From assembly GCA_042408215.1 (NCBI GenBank), contig JAYFMW010000026.1, forward strand, positions 1-64,000: a DNA stretch of 64,000 nucleotides. The letters are read 5' to 3'. The translations under genes and the position numbers were made by a program. The first letter of the stretch is position 1. The number at the start of each line of letters is the position of its first letter. This document shows positions 30,551-41,528 of the stretch, piece by piece. This stretch comes from Microcoleus sp. (GTDB lineage: Bacteria > Cyanobacteriota > Cyanobacteriia > Cyanobacteriales > Microcoleaceae). The notes beneath the pieces are model-generated. The model saw nothing but the letters and a program-made list of their open reading frames with translations. It had not been told where the DNA came from and did not search any database.

Positions 30551-30748
30551 CATTGGTGTCAACTTAACGTCAAACCCTGTCAGAAACTGCTGTTTGACTA
30601 TTAAGCCTAGATCCCCCCTAGCCCCCCTTCTTAAGGGGGGGACAAGATTCCGATCAAAGTCCCCCTTCTTAAGGGGGATTTAGGGGGTTCTAGACTCAGG
30701 TAAAAGCGAGATATACCAAGGCTTTCAGGCTGGTTGTTGACACCTATG
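30551..30748. mobile_element. 198-bp MITE with CATWGGTGTCAAC TIRs and 9-bp TSD
   Basis: CATTGGTGTCAAC...GTTGACACCTATG, flanked by GGGGTAGTG at 30542-30550 and 30749-30757. Confidence 0.88.
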
Positions 30749-30787
30749 GGGGTAGTGCTACCCCTACTCCCCGTGCCTACCCCAGAT

Positions 30788-30877
30788 CGGGGCAACCACG
30801 GGGGGATTGCCCCTACTTCGGGGCAACCACGGGGGGATTGCCCCTACTTCGGGGCAACCACGGGGGATTGCCCCTAC
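30788..30877. repeat. REP-like CGGGGCAACCAC(G)nATTGCCCCTAC x3
   Basis: Three tandem hairpins; inverted copy at ~43420-43448. Confidence 0.8.
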
Positions 30878-30879
30878 TG

Positions 30880-33160
30880 CTAATTCACTTGACTCAGCCG
30901 CCGCAAATTCAAAATATCACTCATATTTTTGATTTGCCTACAAGTTCGCTCGAACTGTCCCTTATCTTCGATATCCATGCACAAGTCAATTAATGCGGGT
31001 AAACCGGGATAGGTTTTTACTTGAGCGCTGCGGACGTTGACTTTGTTGTCCTTTAAATGCGATAATACATCGTTGAGAACTCCTACTCGATCGAGAGCCT
31101 CAATTTGAATGTTAACTGCATAAGTATTCGGGCGGCTACCGCGATCGCCAGCATTCCAACTCACAGGAACTAACCGATCTCCAGGCACATTTTCAACATT
31201 TACACAACCTTGTCGGTGAATCGAAATTCCGTGAGTGCGAGTCACAACTCCAATAATTGCTTCCCCCGGAATCGGACAGCAGCAGCCGGATAAATGATAC
31301 AGCAAGCCCTCAACACCTGCGATCGGCGATTTGCTCGGAGACGAACTCGGTGTCGGTTTCGGCGGCATCATCGCAGGTATTTGCACGGGTAATTCCTGAA
31401 CTCCACCCGCAGGAGAAGTCTCCGTTTTATGCTTGATCTTCACCAAATCTCGCAGTCGATTTACCACCATATTTAAGGTAACTTCGCCGTAGCCTAACGC
31501 CGCTAATAAATCTTCGACGCTGTGGTAGTTGCAGCGCTGAGCCACCGACTGCATAGGTTCGGATTTTAGTAAAGATTCCAAGCCATTTTTACCTAATTCT
31601 TTTTCCAGCAATTCCCGCCCGCGAGCGATATTTTCATCTCGGTGCGATCGCTTAAACCACTGCCGAATTCGATTTTTTGCCCCGTTTGTCTTGACAAAGT
31701 TTAGCCAATCCAAACTCGGATTGCCATTTTTTTTAGTCAGAATTTCGACAATATCGCCATTCTTTAAAACCGTGTCCAGTGTCACCATCCGCCCGCCTGG
31801 CCCGCGCCCCGGTGCAATGATTGCCTATTTCTGTGTGAATGCGATAAGCAAAATCTACAGGTGTTGAGCCTTTGTTGAGAGCAACCACATCTCCGTTAGG
31901 AGTGAAAACGTAGATATCTTCGTCAAATAAATTGTCTTTAATACTCTCTAAATATTCCCGATCGTCTGTGAGGTCGCTTTGCCATTCTAGCAGTTGCCGC
32001 AGCCAAGTAAATTTCTCGTCGTCACCGGTAACTTTAGTGTTGCTAGAACCACCAGTTTCTTTGTATTTCCAGTGCGCGGCAATCCCGTATTCCGCAATGT
32101 GGTGCATTGCTACCGTGCGAATTTGTACTTCGATGGGACGGCCGCTTGTTCCGATTACTCCTGTGTGCAAAGATTGATAGCGATTCGCCTTCGGTAAGCC
32201 GATATAATCTTTAAAGCGACCGGGTATGGGGCGGAAAGAATCGTGGACGATCGCCAAAGCTCGATAACAATCATCATTGGTTTCTACAATGATCCGCACC
32301 GCAGCAATATCGTAAACTTGGTTAAACCCTTTTTGCCTGCGCTGCATCTTCCCGTAAATTCCGTACAAATGTTTGGGACGACCGCTGACTTCATAGCATT
32401 TAATGCCTAATTTTTCAAGTCTTTCTCGCAGTGTATCTGTAACTTCTGCGAGTTGAGTTTCTCGATCGGACCGCTTCACCGCCACCAAATCCTGAATTTC
32501 GCGGTAAGCATCCGGTTCCAGGTATTTAAAAGCTAAATCTTCCAATTCCCACTTAAAGCGACCGATACCCAAACGATTCGCCAGGGGAGCAAAAATTTCT
32601 CGTGTTTCTAGGGCAATGCTGCGCTGCTTTTCTTCTGGCAGATGCTCTAAGGTCCTCATGTTGTGCAGCCGGTCTGCCAACTTGACTACAATTACGCGAA
32701 TATCTTTAGCCATTGCCAAAAACATTCGGCGGAAATTTTCAGCTTGGCGTTCAGTTTTGCTGGAAAAATTAAACTTAGAAAGCTTTGTGACTCCTTCCAC
32801 CAACTGTCGCACTTCATGGCCGAAACGCTGTTCTAAGTCTTCGACTGTAACTTCTGTATCTTCCACAATGTCGTGGAGGAAACCCGCTGCGATCATGGCA
32901 CTGTTAGCGCCCATATAGCGCAACATCCCGGCTACAGCTATCGGATGGCAAATGTAAGGTTCTCCTGACTTGCGGTATTGTCCTTCGTGCAAGTCGCGGG
33001 CAAATTCAAAGGCCCGACAAATTAAGCTGTTGTCAGTCGGGCAATTGAGGTTGGGGTCAGCATCAACTTGCGATCGGGCATTCAGGCATTCTTGCAGCCA
33101 ATCGGGAACGATCGCAGGATCGATCGAGGGAGTCAGAGTTTGAGCGTTCATGGTAGGCAC
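30880..33160 (-). pseudogene. spoT: RelA/SpoT homolog (HD, synthetase, TGS, ACT) split by a +1 frameshift at ~31800
   Basis: RKSGEPYICHP, LHDIVEDT, KLADRLHNMRTL, YQSLHT, EVQIRT, then TGS; C-terminal half (MVTLDT...LDRVGVL ACT) continues in another frame; may be a sequencing error. Confidence 0.85.
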
Positions 33161-33614
33161 CTTTAAAACTTAGAAATACCAATGGTTAAAAGTCTATTAT
33201 CGGTTCAATTGCCGAAATTATGTGTCTAGCTATGCTAAACTAATCGATCGTCACAAATTGCCCTTGAAAAAAATAGTCGATTTTTCGGTCAAATATATCT
33301 ATCTAAATCCAAGTTGCCCACCCCCGCAGGGAGGAAAAGATCGTGACAGGATTGTAGCCACTTCGGGGTGAGGATCCTGTAAAATCAGAACATTTGGGCA
33401 GTTGCAGTAGAGGGAAGGGCGATCGATCGACATCATTCACAGGCAATGCCAGTGCTAAAAGCAGAAGCCAGACGGATCGAGTCACGCCCTGAGCGTGCAG
33501 AAATTTTCTCGCTTAAACAGGGAATTGCTGCAAAAATGCAAGACTTCCCTTAATCTTTACAAACCTTAAGCAAGTATCTAATTTAATTATAGGTACAAAT
33601 TTATTTACACAATT

Positions 33615-34037
33615 ATGATATTGTCCGAAAATCGGTATCAGCGCTACCAGGAATTGCAGCAAGCACTCGAACAGCTACAAAAAACCGCTGCACAGGATAA
33701 TCTAGATAGGGCAGCGCTGGCGGCCGAATACAAAAAAGTGCAACAATTTTTCGGAAACCAAATTATGAGAGCCGACAGCGGTGAGTTAGAGCCGTCAGAA
33801 ACACCCCCTGAACAGTCCTATCTGACGGAAATTCACAAGCAACTACGGCTGCTGGGGACAGACGTAACGTTTTTGCAAGCATCGCGCCAGCCAGCGACAG
33901 CGACAGCGAGGCAAACTGCGGCGATGGCGAGGCTCAAGACGCTAATTGGCTACTGCGGTGCGCTGCTGCCCAAAAATTATGGTTCTTCAGATACCGCTCA
34001 GAAGGCAGAATTAACAACTGAGTTAACCAAGAATTGA
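33615..34037 (+). CDS. patD: PatD-family protein
   Basis: EQSYLTEIHKQLRLLGTDVTFLQASRQPAT...RLKTLIGYC; divergent from the RSH gene as in other cyanobacteria. Confidence 0.75.
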   Translation: MILSENRYQRYQELQQALEQLQKTAAQDNLDRAALAAEYKKVQQFFGNQIMRADSGELEPSETPPEQSYLTEIHKQLRLLGTDVTFLQASRQPATATARQTAAMARLKTLIGYCGALLPKNYGSSDTAQKAELTTELTKN

Positions 34038-34060
34038 GAAGGCAAGGAGAAATTAAAGCC

Positions 34061-34642
34061 GTGGAATGTCCAAAATGCAAACATCCCAACTTAGAGGGCG
34101 GCACTTTAGCCGGCACTATGTCGGTACAGTGGTGTCCCAACTGTTATGGTATCTGGATTGCAGGCAGAGAATACGAAGCTTGGCAAAAGATCCAGGGCCA
34201 GTGGTCGATTAAATCCGATCGCCAGCAGACAGGCACTCTGGGCATAGAATTCACACCGTCTCTCTACGACAGCAAAGCCGCCCTGTGTCCCGAAGATGGT
34301 CACTATCTGTCACGAGCGAAAGTTCCTTTCAGCAAAGTGCCCTTTTACATAGAGCGCTGTATGCTGTGCGGGGGCATTTGGCTTGATAACGGCGAGTGGG
34401 ACATTCTCGAAAGTTTGGGATTCCACACCGAGATTGACCAGATGTTTTCCCCTAACTGGCAAGCGAAGGCCCGTTTGCAGGAACTCGCCGAAAGGGAGCG
34501 TCAAGTCCTGATTGACAAGCTGGGGCCGGACATTGCCGGGTATGTGTTGGAACTCGCGGAAGTTTTAGCAGATCATCCCCACGCAGATTGTGCGGCTACT
34601 TATATATTGCGGAAAGCTGAGCTGAAGCGAAAGGAAATTTAG
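34061..34642 (+). CDS. zf-TFIIB-type zinc-ribbon protein
   Basis: CPKC, CPNCYGIW, CPED, CMLCGGIWLDNGEW; GTG start after AAGGAG. Confidence 0.8.
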   Translation: MECPKCKHPNLEGGTLAGTMSVQWCPNCYGIWIAGREYEAWQKIQGQWSIKSDRQQTGTLGIEFTPSLYDSKAALCPEDGHYLSRAKVPFSKVPFYIERCMLCGGIWLDNGEWDILESLGFHTEIDQMFSPNWQAKARLQELAERERQVLIDKLGPDIAGYVLELAEVLADHPHADCAATYILRKAELKRKEI

Positions 34643-34651
34643 TTATTTGTT

Positions 34652-34857
34652 AGTTGACAGTTGACAGTTGACCGTTGGCTGTTGGCTGTTGACTGTTGAC
34701 TGTTGAGAGTAAAAAAAACAACGAATAACTAATGACTAATGACTAATAACTAATGACTAATAACTAATGACTAAGGACTAAGGACTAATAACTAATGACT
34801 AAGGACTAAGGACTAAGGACTAATAACTAAGGACTAATAACTAATGACTAATGACTA
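34652..34857. repeat. Heptamer STRR tracts (GTTGACW/GTTGGCT)n and (ACTAATG/ACTAAGG/ACTAATA)n
   Basis: Read directly; tract runs into the ABC gene start codon. Confidence 0.85.
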
Positions 34858-36556
34858 TGCTCTATTTTCCGTCGAAAATCTACGAGTAGCTTATCCCCAG
34901 CGGCGAGGCCAATCCGGTTGGGCCGTTGACGGTGTTTCCCTAACGCTGCAACCGGGGGAAAAGCTGGGATTAGTTGGGGAGTCGGGGTGCGGTAAGTCAA
35001 CTTTGGGACGGGCGGCGATGCGGTTGCTACCGGAGTCAACGCTGATTGAGGGGCGAGTTGGTTTTGCTGGAGAGTCTGTGTTTGACATGAATGCGTCGCG
35101 ACTCAGACGGTTTCGTGGGGAAGCTGTGGCATTGATTTTTCAAGACCCGATGACTCGTCTCGATCCTTTGATGACTGTTGGCGAACACTGCATTGAAACT
35201 TTGCAAGCTCACAGACCGAATTTGTCTAGGGCGCAAGCTAAGAAAAGGGCGATCGAAATTCTGGAAGCTGTGAAAATTCCGGCTTCTCGCTGGTCGCAAT
35301 TTCCCCATGAATTTAGCGGCGGAATGCGGCAAAGGGTGGCGATTGCTTTGGCTCTTTTGCTCGATCCTAAATTAATTGTGGCGGATGAACCGACGACGAG
35401 TTTGGATGTAACTGTCGCGGCCCAAATTATGCAGGAATTAACGCGACTTTGTGCCCAACGGGGAACGGCTATTTTGTTGATTTCTCACGATTTGGCGATG
35501 GTGGGTGAGTATTGCGATCGCATTGCGGTGATGTACGGCGGTAAAGTAGTGGAAACTGGGCCTGTGCAGGAGGTTTTTCAACAACCGCAGCATGAATATA
35601 CTCGATCGCTCTTAAAAGCAGCTTTGCACATTCAGAAGGAAGAAGGAAGTTCGGCAACGGATTGTGTAACTGATGTAACGGATGTAACGGATGTAACGGA
35701 TAGAGGGGAGAAGGAAAATTATCGGCTTAAGTCCCAGTTAAATTCTCCTCTGTTGACTGTGACGAATTTGCAGCAGCACTACAGTTTAGAAAGTAATTTG
35801 TTAGAGCAGTTATTTTCGAGGAAGCGCGATGTAATTAAAGCTGTAGACGGCGTTAGTTTACAGCTAGAACGGGGGGAAATCCTAGGGCTTGTAGGGGAGT
35901 CCGGCTGTGGCAAAAGTACCTTGTCACGCACGATTTTGCAGCTAATTCCTTCTACTGGTGGCAAAGTGGAATTTCAAGGAATAGATCTTACTGCACTGGA
36001 TCGCGATGCTGTGAGGAAACACCGCCGCCAAATGCAAATGGTATTTCAAGACCCCCACGCTTGCTTGAATCCGATGATGACTGTCGGAGAAAGTATTGCT
36101 GACCCTTTATTTATTCACAAACTAGCTAAGGCCCCCGAAGCTAAAAGACAAGTAATGCAAATGTTAGAGCGGGTGGGTTTGACTCCTGGGGAGGATTTCT
36201 TTCGCCGCTATCCAGGGGAATTGTCGGGAGGACAACAGCAGCGTGTGGCGATCGCCCGCGCTTTGATTACTCGGCCGCAATTGATTATTTGCGACGAACC
36301 GGTGAGTATGCTGGATGCCAGCGTGCAGACGCAAGTTTTAGAACTAATGCTGGAATTGAAGCAGGAGTTTAATCTAACTTATTTGTTTATTACGCATGAT
36401 TTGTGGGTGGCGAGATTTTTTTGCGATCGCATTGCAGTTATGAATGCCGGAAAAATTGTGGAAATTGGCAAGACTAGAGATATTTTTACTAATCCACAGC
36501 ACCCTTACACTCAGCAGTTGTTGCAGGCTGCTCCTTTATTGGCTAGGACTAATTGA
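34844..36556 (+). CDS. Fused peptide/nickel ABC transporter ATP-binding protein (two NBDs)
   Basis: GESGCGKST twice, FSGGMRQR and LSGGQQQR, ADEPTT and CDEPVS. Confidence 0.93.
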   Translation: MTNDYALFSVENLRVAYPQRRGQSGWAVDGVSLTLQPGEKLGLVGESGCGKSTLGRAAMRLLPESTLIEGRVGFAGESVFDMNASRLRRFRGEAVALIFQDPMTRLDPLMTVGEHCIETLQAHRPNLSRAQAKKRAIEILEAVKIPASRWSQFPHEFSGGMRQRVAIALALLLDPKLIVADEPTTSLDVTVAAQIMQELTRLCAQRGTAILLISHDLAMVGEYCDRIAVMYGGKVVETGPVQEVFQQPQHEYTRSLLKAALHIQKEEGSSATDCVTDVTDVTDVTDRGEKENYRLKSQLNSPLLTVTNLQQHYSLESNLLEQLFSRKRDVIKAVDGVSLQLERGEILGLVGESGCGKSTLSRTILQLIPSTGGKVEFQGIDLTALDRDAVRKHRRQMQMVFQDPHACLNPMMTVGESIADPLFIHKLAKAPEAKRQVMQMLERVGLTPGEDFFRRYPGELSGGQQQRVAIARALITRPQLIICDEPVSMLDASVQTQVLELMLELKQEFNLTYLFITHDLWVARFFCDRIAVMNAGKIVEIGKTRDIFTNPQHPYTQQLLQAAPLLARTN

Positions 36557-36726
36557 TTTGGGATTGGGGATTTGGGATTTTCGATTAAAAGATTGACAAT
36601 TTTTTGGCTTTCCATGACGTGCTAACGGCGATTCATAGCGAAAACGATAGATTTTGGCAATGTGCCTTTAAATTCGCTAAAGTGGAAGCAGACATTTCAA
36701 ATCATTCCACCGACACCAAGCACCAT

Positions 36727-37800
36727 ATGGCAGAATCTGACCTAGGCAGTTTTGCGGTGGCACCGGAAGCCTCACTCGCGATCGCAGAAGATGAGGACAT
36801 CGAGATCGATCGTCCCATTTCAACTCGCTCAGAAGCATACAACAACTGGTCGGCCGACGATCCGGTGGGAGCTTTGTTCAAGGAAATGGCTCGCTATCCT
36901 TTGCTGACTGCCAGCGAAGAGGTGGAGTTAGCACGCCGTGTCCGAGAATTGGTAGCCCTTGAGGAACTAGAAAAGGGTTTACAGCAGGAATTGGGAAGAG
37001 TTGCGACAAAAGCTGAACTAGCTCTGGCTATGGGTTTGAGCGAAACTCAACTGCAAAACCTCCGGCATCAGTGGCAGTCGGCAAAACGAAAAATGATTAG
37101 CTCGAATTTGCGGTTGGTGGTTTCGATCGCCAAACGCTATCTGAATCGGGGCGTGCCTTTTCTGGATTTAATTCAGGAAGGAGCTTTGGGTTTGAACCGA
37201 GCCACGGAAAAGTTCGACCCGGAAAAGGGTTATAAGTTTTCTACCTATGCCTATTGGTGGATTCGCCAAGGAATTACGCGGACAATTGCCAATCAAGGGC
37301 GGACGATTCGCTTGCCGGTTCATATTGTCGAACAGTTAAATAAGCTAAAAAGAGTATATCGGGATTTGAGGCGATCGCTCCAACGCAATCCCACTGAAGC
37401 TGAACTTGCTAAAGCAATGGAAATTACTTGCGAACAGCTTCGCTATCTTCAGCAAGTACGCCGACAATCTTTGTCTCTCAACCACCGCATCGGCTCGGAA
37501 GAAAGTTCGGAACTGTTGGATGTGATAGAAGATAGTGTGACCCAATCTCCTGAAGCTCAGATGAATGAGATGATGATGCGCCAAGATATTTTGGAGGTGT
37601 TGGACTCAATTTTGACTGAGCGGGAAAAAGAGATTGTTGCTATGCGTTATGGTTTGGTGACGGGGGAACCTTACACTTTAGAAGAGGTGAGTAGTTTGTT
37701 CAATTTGTCCCGCGAACGAGTCCGTCAAATTCAAAATAAGGCAATGCGGAAACTGCGACGACCTCAAGTTACGGAACGATTAAAGGGCTGGTTGAAATAA
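36727..37800 (+). CDS. Group 2 sigma-70 factor (RpoD-like)
   Basis: NLRLVVSIAKRY, DLIQEG, GYKFSTYAYWWIRQGITR, SRERVRQIQ; ATG start chosen at 36727. Confidence 0.92.
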   Translation: MAESDLGSFAVAPEASLAIAEDEDIEIDRPISTRSEAYNNWSADDPVGALFKEMARYPLLTASEEVELARRVRELVALEELEKGLQQELGRVATKAELALAMGLSETQLQNLRHQWQSAKRKMISSNLRLVVSIAKRYLNRGVPFLDLIQEGALGLNRATEKFDPEKGYKFSTYAYWWIRQGITRTIANQGRTIRLPVHIVEQLNKLKRVYRDLRRSLQRNPTEAELAKAMEITCEQLRYLQQVRRQSLSLNHRIGSEESSELLDVIEDSVTQSPEAQMNEMMMRQDILEVLDSILTEREKEIVAMRYGLVTGEPYTLEEVSSLFNLSRERVRQIQNKAMRKLRRPQVTERLKGWLK

Positions 37801-37861
37801 GTGAACATTAAACCGGTTTGATATGGTATTTTAATGTTTGATTGTCACTTACTGCTTGTTT

Positions 37862-38347
37862 ATGTCTTATGAGGTAATTTTGCGTCCAGCTACGCGGGCA
37901 GATGTGCCGATGCTGTTTGATTTGATTAAAGCTTTGGCTGAGTACGAGAAGTTGTCTGATGCTGTGACTGGTAGTGCGGTAGATTTGGAGAATCATCTGT
38001 TTGGCGATCGACCTTTTGCCGAAGCGATTTTAGCAGAGTGCGAGGGTCTAGTTGTTGGCTGGGCACTGTTTTTTCATAACTATTCTACTTTTTTGACTCA
38101 GCCGGGAATTTATTTGGAAGATTTGTTTGTGCTCCCTGAGTTTCGAGGGCGGGGAATTGGCAAGTCTTTGATAGTTTATTTAGCACAGTTGACGGTTGAA
38201 AGGGGCTGCGGGCGTTTGGAATGGAGTGTGTTGGATTGGAATGAATTGGCGATCGGATTTTACCAGGGTATCGGTGCTGATGTGATGCCTGATTGGCGGA
38301 TTTGCCGGGTGGCGGGCGAATCTTTGGCGAATTTGGCATCAAAGTAA
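37862..38347 (+). CDS. GNAT acetyltransferase (diamine acetyltransferase-like)
   Basis: LAEYEKL, YSTFL, YLEDLFVLPEFRGRGIG, RLEWSVLDWN. Confidence 0.9.
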   Translation: MSYEVILRPATRADVPMLFDLIKALAEYEKLSDAVTGSAVDLENHLFGDRPFAEAILAECEGLVVGWALFFHNYSTFLTQPGIYLEDLFVLPEFRGRGIGKSLIVYLAQLTVERGCGRLEWSVLDWNELAIGFYQGIGADVMPDWRICRVAGESLANLASK

Positions 38348-38413
38348 TTGTAGATAATTGCCAAAAATATAGGAAAATTCAGGTAATAGTTAACTTAATT
38401 AGGAGAACAGATT

Positions 38414-38620
38414 GTGATTATTTGGGTAAACGAGCAAATCGATCCGTCAGGTATTGTTTATGCTTGCATTGCTTGTGTCGATGAGACTCAAGCTCAGGAA
38501 TGCCATGATTCTTTTGAGCAGAATTTGACCGCAGAACAAAAAGAACAGGGCTGGGTTGCTACATTACGGATTGTTAGTTCTTGGGATGACGTGCCTGTTA
38601 ACGCTTTGAAATTGAATTAA
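38414..38620 (+). CDS. Conserved small cyanobacterial protein (68 aa)
   Basis: IWVNEQIDPSGIVYACIAC...SWDDVPVNALKL; AGGAG RBS. Confidence 0.75.
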   Translation: MIIWVNEQIDPSGIVYACIACVDETQAQECHDSFEQNLTAEQKEQGWVATLRIVSSWDDVPVNALKLN

Positions 38621-38921
38621 TATCAAATCCGTTGACATCGGAATCATTCATCTCTCTCTTCTCTGACTCTGCGTTCTCTGCGTTCTCTGCGGTTAAATAA
38701 TTCCTAAAAAACCGTAGACGATCAAACATATTGCGGTTCAATGCGATCGCCCATATCGCCCTGCACATTAGTTAAAAAAAAACAAGACCACTTGAATACA
38801 AATTGGTCAAATAAAAAAAAGTAAACTCCCTCGGGAGTTTTAGCATTATTATTAATAAATAGAGGCATTTCAAATTGCTTAGGATTGCTGCTGTTTTTGG
38901 TTTAGTTGAAGTTGGGCGATT

Positions 38922-39675
38922 TGTGGGGAGTCAGAAACCGGGTTTCTCACCAAAATCTTGGTGAGGATGGGTAAATTCTCGCAGAAACCCGGTTTCTTGG
39001 AGTTTTTGGAGTTTGTCTGTGGGGAGTCAGAAACCGGGTTTCTCGCAAAATCTCGGTGAGGATGGGTAAATTCTCGCAGAAACCCGGTTTCTTGGAGTTT
39101 TTGGAGTTTGTCTGTGGGGAGTCAGAAACCGGGTTTCTCACCAAAATCTCGGTGAGGATGGGTAAATTCTCGCAGAAACCCGGTTTCTTGGAGTTTTTGG
39201 AGTTTGTCTGTGGGGAGTCAGAAACCGGGTTTCTTCCAAAATCTCGGTGAGGATGCGTAAATTCTCGCAGAAACCCGGTTTCTTGGAGTTTTTGGAGTTT
39301 GTCTGTGGGGAGTCAGAAACCGGGTTTCTTCCAAAATCTCGGTGAGGATGGATAAATTCTCGCAGAAACCCGGTTTCTTGGATTTTGGGGCGATCGCGTG
39401 GGGAGTCAGAAACCGGGTTTCTGAGCAAAATCTCGGTGAGGATGGGTAAATTCTCGCAGAAACCCGGTTTCTTGGAGTTTTTGGAGTTTGTCTGTGGGGA
39501 GTCAGAAACCGGGTTTCTCACCAATATCTCGGTGAGGATGGGTAAATTCTCGCAGAAACCCGGTTTCTTGGAGTTTTTGGAGTTTGTCTGTGGGGAGTCA
39601 GAAACCGGGTTTCTCGCAAAATCTCGTGAGGATGGGTAAATTCTCGCAGAAACCCGGTTTCTTGGATTTTGGGTT
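38922..39675 (+). repeat. Tandem array of 8 x ~95-bp hairpin repeats (AGAAACCGGGTTTCT...AGAAACCCGGTTTCT)
   Basis: Unit starts at ~38922, 39018, 39113, 39209, 39304, 39397, 39493, 39589. Confidence 0.92.
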
Positions 39676-39694
39676 TCTCAAAATTATATAATAT

Positions 39695-39974
39695 CTATGT
39701 GACGGCTCAATATCCGCCTAAGTTTATCAGGGGATTGTTTGACCTGACAGAGGAACAAATTAACGCAGCTTTAGCTTATATTGAGGCCAATCGCGCTGAT
39801 GTTGAAGCTGAGTATCAAATGGTGCTTAAGGAAGCTGAGGAACTGCGGCTGTATTATGAAGAAAAAAATCGCGATCTCATTGCTAGAATTGCCGCCGGGC
39901 CACCAAAACCAGGAACGGAAGCTGCATGGGAAAAGCTTCGAGCGGCTAAGGCCAAGTTTAAGTCTGAACTATAG
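39695..39974 (+). pseudogene. 5'-truncated DUF433-like protein
   Basis: YVTAQYPPKFIRGLFDLTEEQINAALAYIEANR resembles the second half of DUF433; N-terminus replaced by the repeat array. Confidence 0.65.
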
Positions 39975-40027
39975 TTTTTTTTCCCAAAGTATGATAGAGT
40001 TAGTGTATCAAAAAATAATTAAATACT

Positions 40028-40258
40028 ATGACACTTGAAAATCTTGAAGCTGAGGTTCTTGCACTTCCACAAGACTCTCAAGCAATATTGCTATCTCGAC
40101 TCCTAAAACACTTGGGACAAAGTAGAGAAATCGATCCAGAAGTTACAACTATCTGGAGTGAGGAAGCTGAAAGGCGCGATCGCGAAATGGATAGTGGTGA
40201 AGTTACTGGTATTCCGGCTGAACAAGTGTTTCAGAAGATTCGTGGGCTTCTGCAATGA
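40028..40258 (+). CDS. Addiction-module antitoxin
   Basis: EVLALP...WSEEAERRDREMDSGEVTGIPAEQVF; ATGA overlap with toxin. Confidence 0.85.
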   Translation: MTLENLEAEVLALPQDSQAILLSRLLKHLGQSREIDPEVTTIWSEEAERRDREMDSGEVTGIPAEQVFQKIRGLLQ

Positions 40259-40551
40259 AAAACGTGATATTTCATCCACTAGCCGAACAAGAATTAATTG
40301 ATGCCACCGCCTATTACGAGGAACAAAAACCTGGGCTTGGGTTAGAGTTTTTAGGAGAAGTAGAAGAGGCAGTAAACTTCCTCATGCTATATCCTGAAGC
40401 TGGTTCAAATGTAGGAGTTTCTGTTCGTCGGGTAATTTTGCCCAAGTTTTCTTACTCTCTGTTTTATCGTATCCTAGAAGAAGAGCAGATTCGGATTTTA
40501 GCGGTTGCACATCACAAGCGTAAACCACAATACTGGGTTGACCGAGAGTAG
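40255..40551 (+). CDS. RelE/ParE family toxin
   Basis: FHPLAEQELIDATAYYE...GLGLEF...ILAVAHHKRKPQYW. Confidence 0.88.
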   Translation: MKNVIFHPLAEQELIDATAYYEEQKPGLGLEFLGEVEEAVNFLMLYPEAGSNVGVSVRRVILPKFSYSLFYRILEEEQIRILAVAHHKRKPQYWVDRE

Positions 40552-40649
40552 CAACCTAAAGTCAGGAGTTAAGGAGGTGCGATCGCGGTTTGATTACCAA
40601 TAGATATCGCGCTTCTTCTGCTACTTATGAAGTTTGAATTTAATTTCAA

Positions 40650-41528
40650 TTAATCAATTCTAGTAAACCTAATACCCCAAGCAGTAAATGTATTTGCATC
40701 TACAATACTTAGCTTATTTTCAGCAGAGCAACAAGCTGGTCTATCTGGCCAACCAGTCTTAAAAGTGACAGAAAAAGAACTACCCTTTGATACAGATTGG
40801 GGAATTGTTCCTTGAAAAGTTATATTTCCTGCTGGTACACAGTTATCACCTGTAATCTTTTTGGCAACTAGAGAATTACCACTAACAGAAATCTGTACTT
40901 CTTCTGTTAATCCTCCTCTTTCACAAGTGTAACCATTTCCTCTCCATGTACCTACAAACATTTTACGCCAATATTCCTCTCTAATCTTTGCTGTGAAGTT
41001 CTGGCAGTTATGTCCAATTCCCAGGTATTTACCATCTCCTTCAAGTACACATCGATCTGGAAGAATTGCAGGGGAATCGGTCAAAACTAAACGCACAATA
41101 TTAGAATTATATTTCTCATTACGATCAATTGGCACGAAATTATCTACGTTACTCCCGTTAGGTTCTTTTCCACTGTCAAGTGATTTTTTGGAGTATTGGA
41201 ACCTTCCATCTGGACCAAAACCAATGTTATCTACAATCTCGCCATTATCGCAGAAGAAGATATGTTCGTGGGAAAGTTCCGTATTTGTAATATCTTGTCC
41301 TGGTAATATATCTCCACCTGGTCTCCTTAGCTCTGGAGGAAGCCAGTAATTCAATAAACCCTGAACATTCCACGCACCGAACAACAGAGGATGTTGAGCG
41401 AAGACTACATATTTCCCACTCTGGAGGCATACTCTTTTGGAGGCAAGGGATTGTGCTTGGGCTGTACCTGAAAAAAACAGAGGAGATAAAAAGCCGAGTG
41501 TGGTCGCAATAATAGCCAATTTTTTCAT
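40650..41528 (-). CDS. Secreted protein, possible permuted papain-like domain
   Basis: Signal peptide MKKLAII...AQA-Q; HEHIFF and YLGIGHNCQNF; C-terminal KITGDNCVPAGNITF; AT-rich. Confidence 0.7.
   Translation of the reverse strand: MKKLAIIATTLGFLSPLFFSGTAQAQSLASKRVCLQSGKYVVFAQHPLLFGAWNVQGLLNYWLPPELRRPGGDILPGQDITNTELSHEHIFFCDNGEIVDNIGFGPDGRFQYSKKSLDSGKEPNGSNVDNFVPIDRNEKYNSNIVRLVLTDSPAILPDRCVLEGDGKYLGIGHNCQNFTAKIREEYWRKMFVGTWRGNGYTCERGGLTEEVQISVSGNSLVAKKITGDNCVPAGNITFQGTIPQSVSKGSSFSVTFKTGWPDRPACCSAENKLSIVDANTFTAWGIRFTRID

Noticed and set aside
38947..39639. ORFs within the repeat arrays (RNPVS/KPGF peptides), also at 44234-44672
   Set aside because: Translations of tandem repeats with no coding evidence
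38922..39675. CRISPR array
   Set aside because: Intervening segments are near-identical rather than unique spacers, the period is ~95 bp, and there are no cas genes; the same applies to the arrays at 25.3, 27.5 and 44.2 kb
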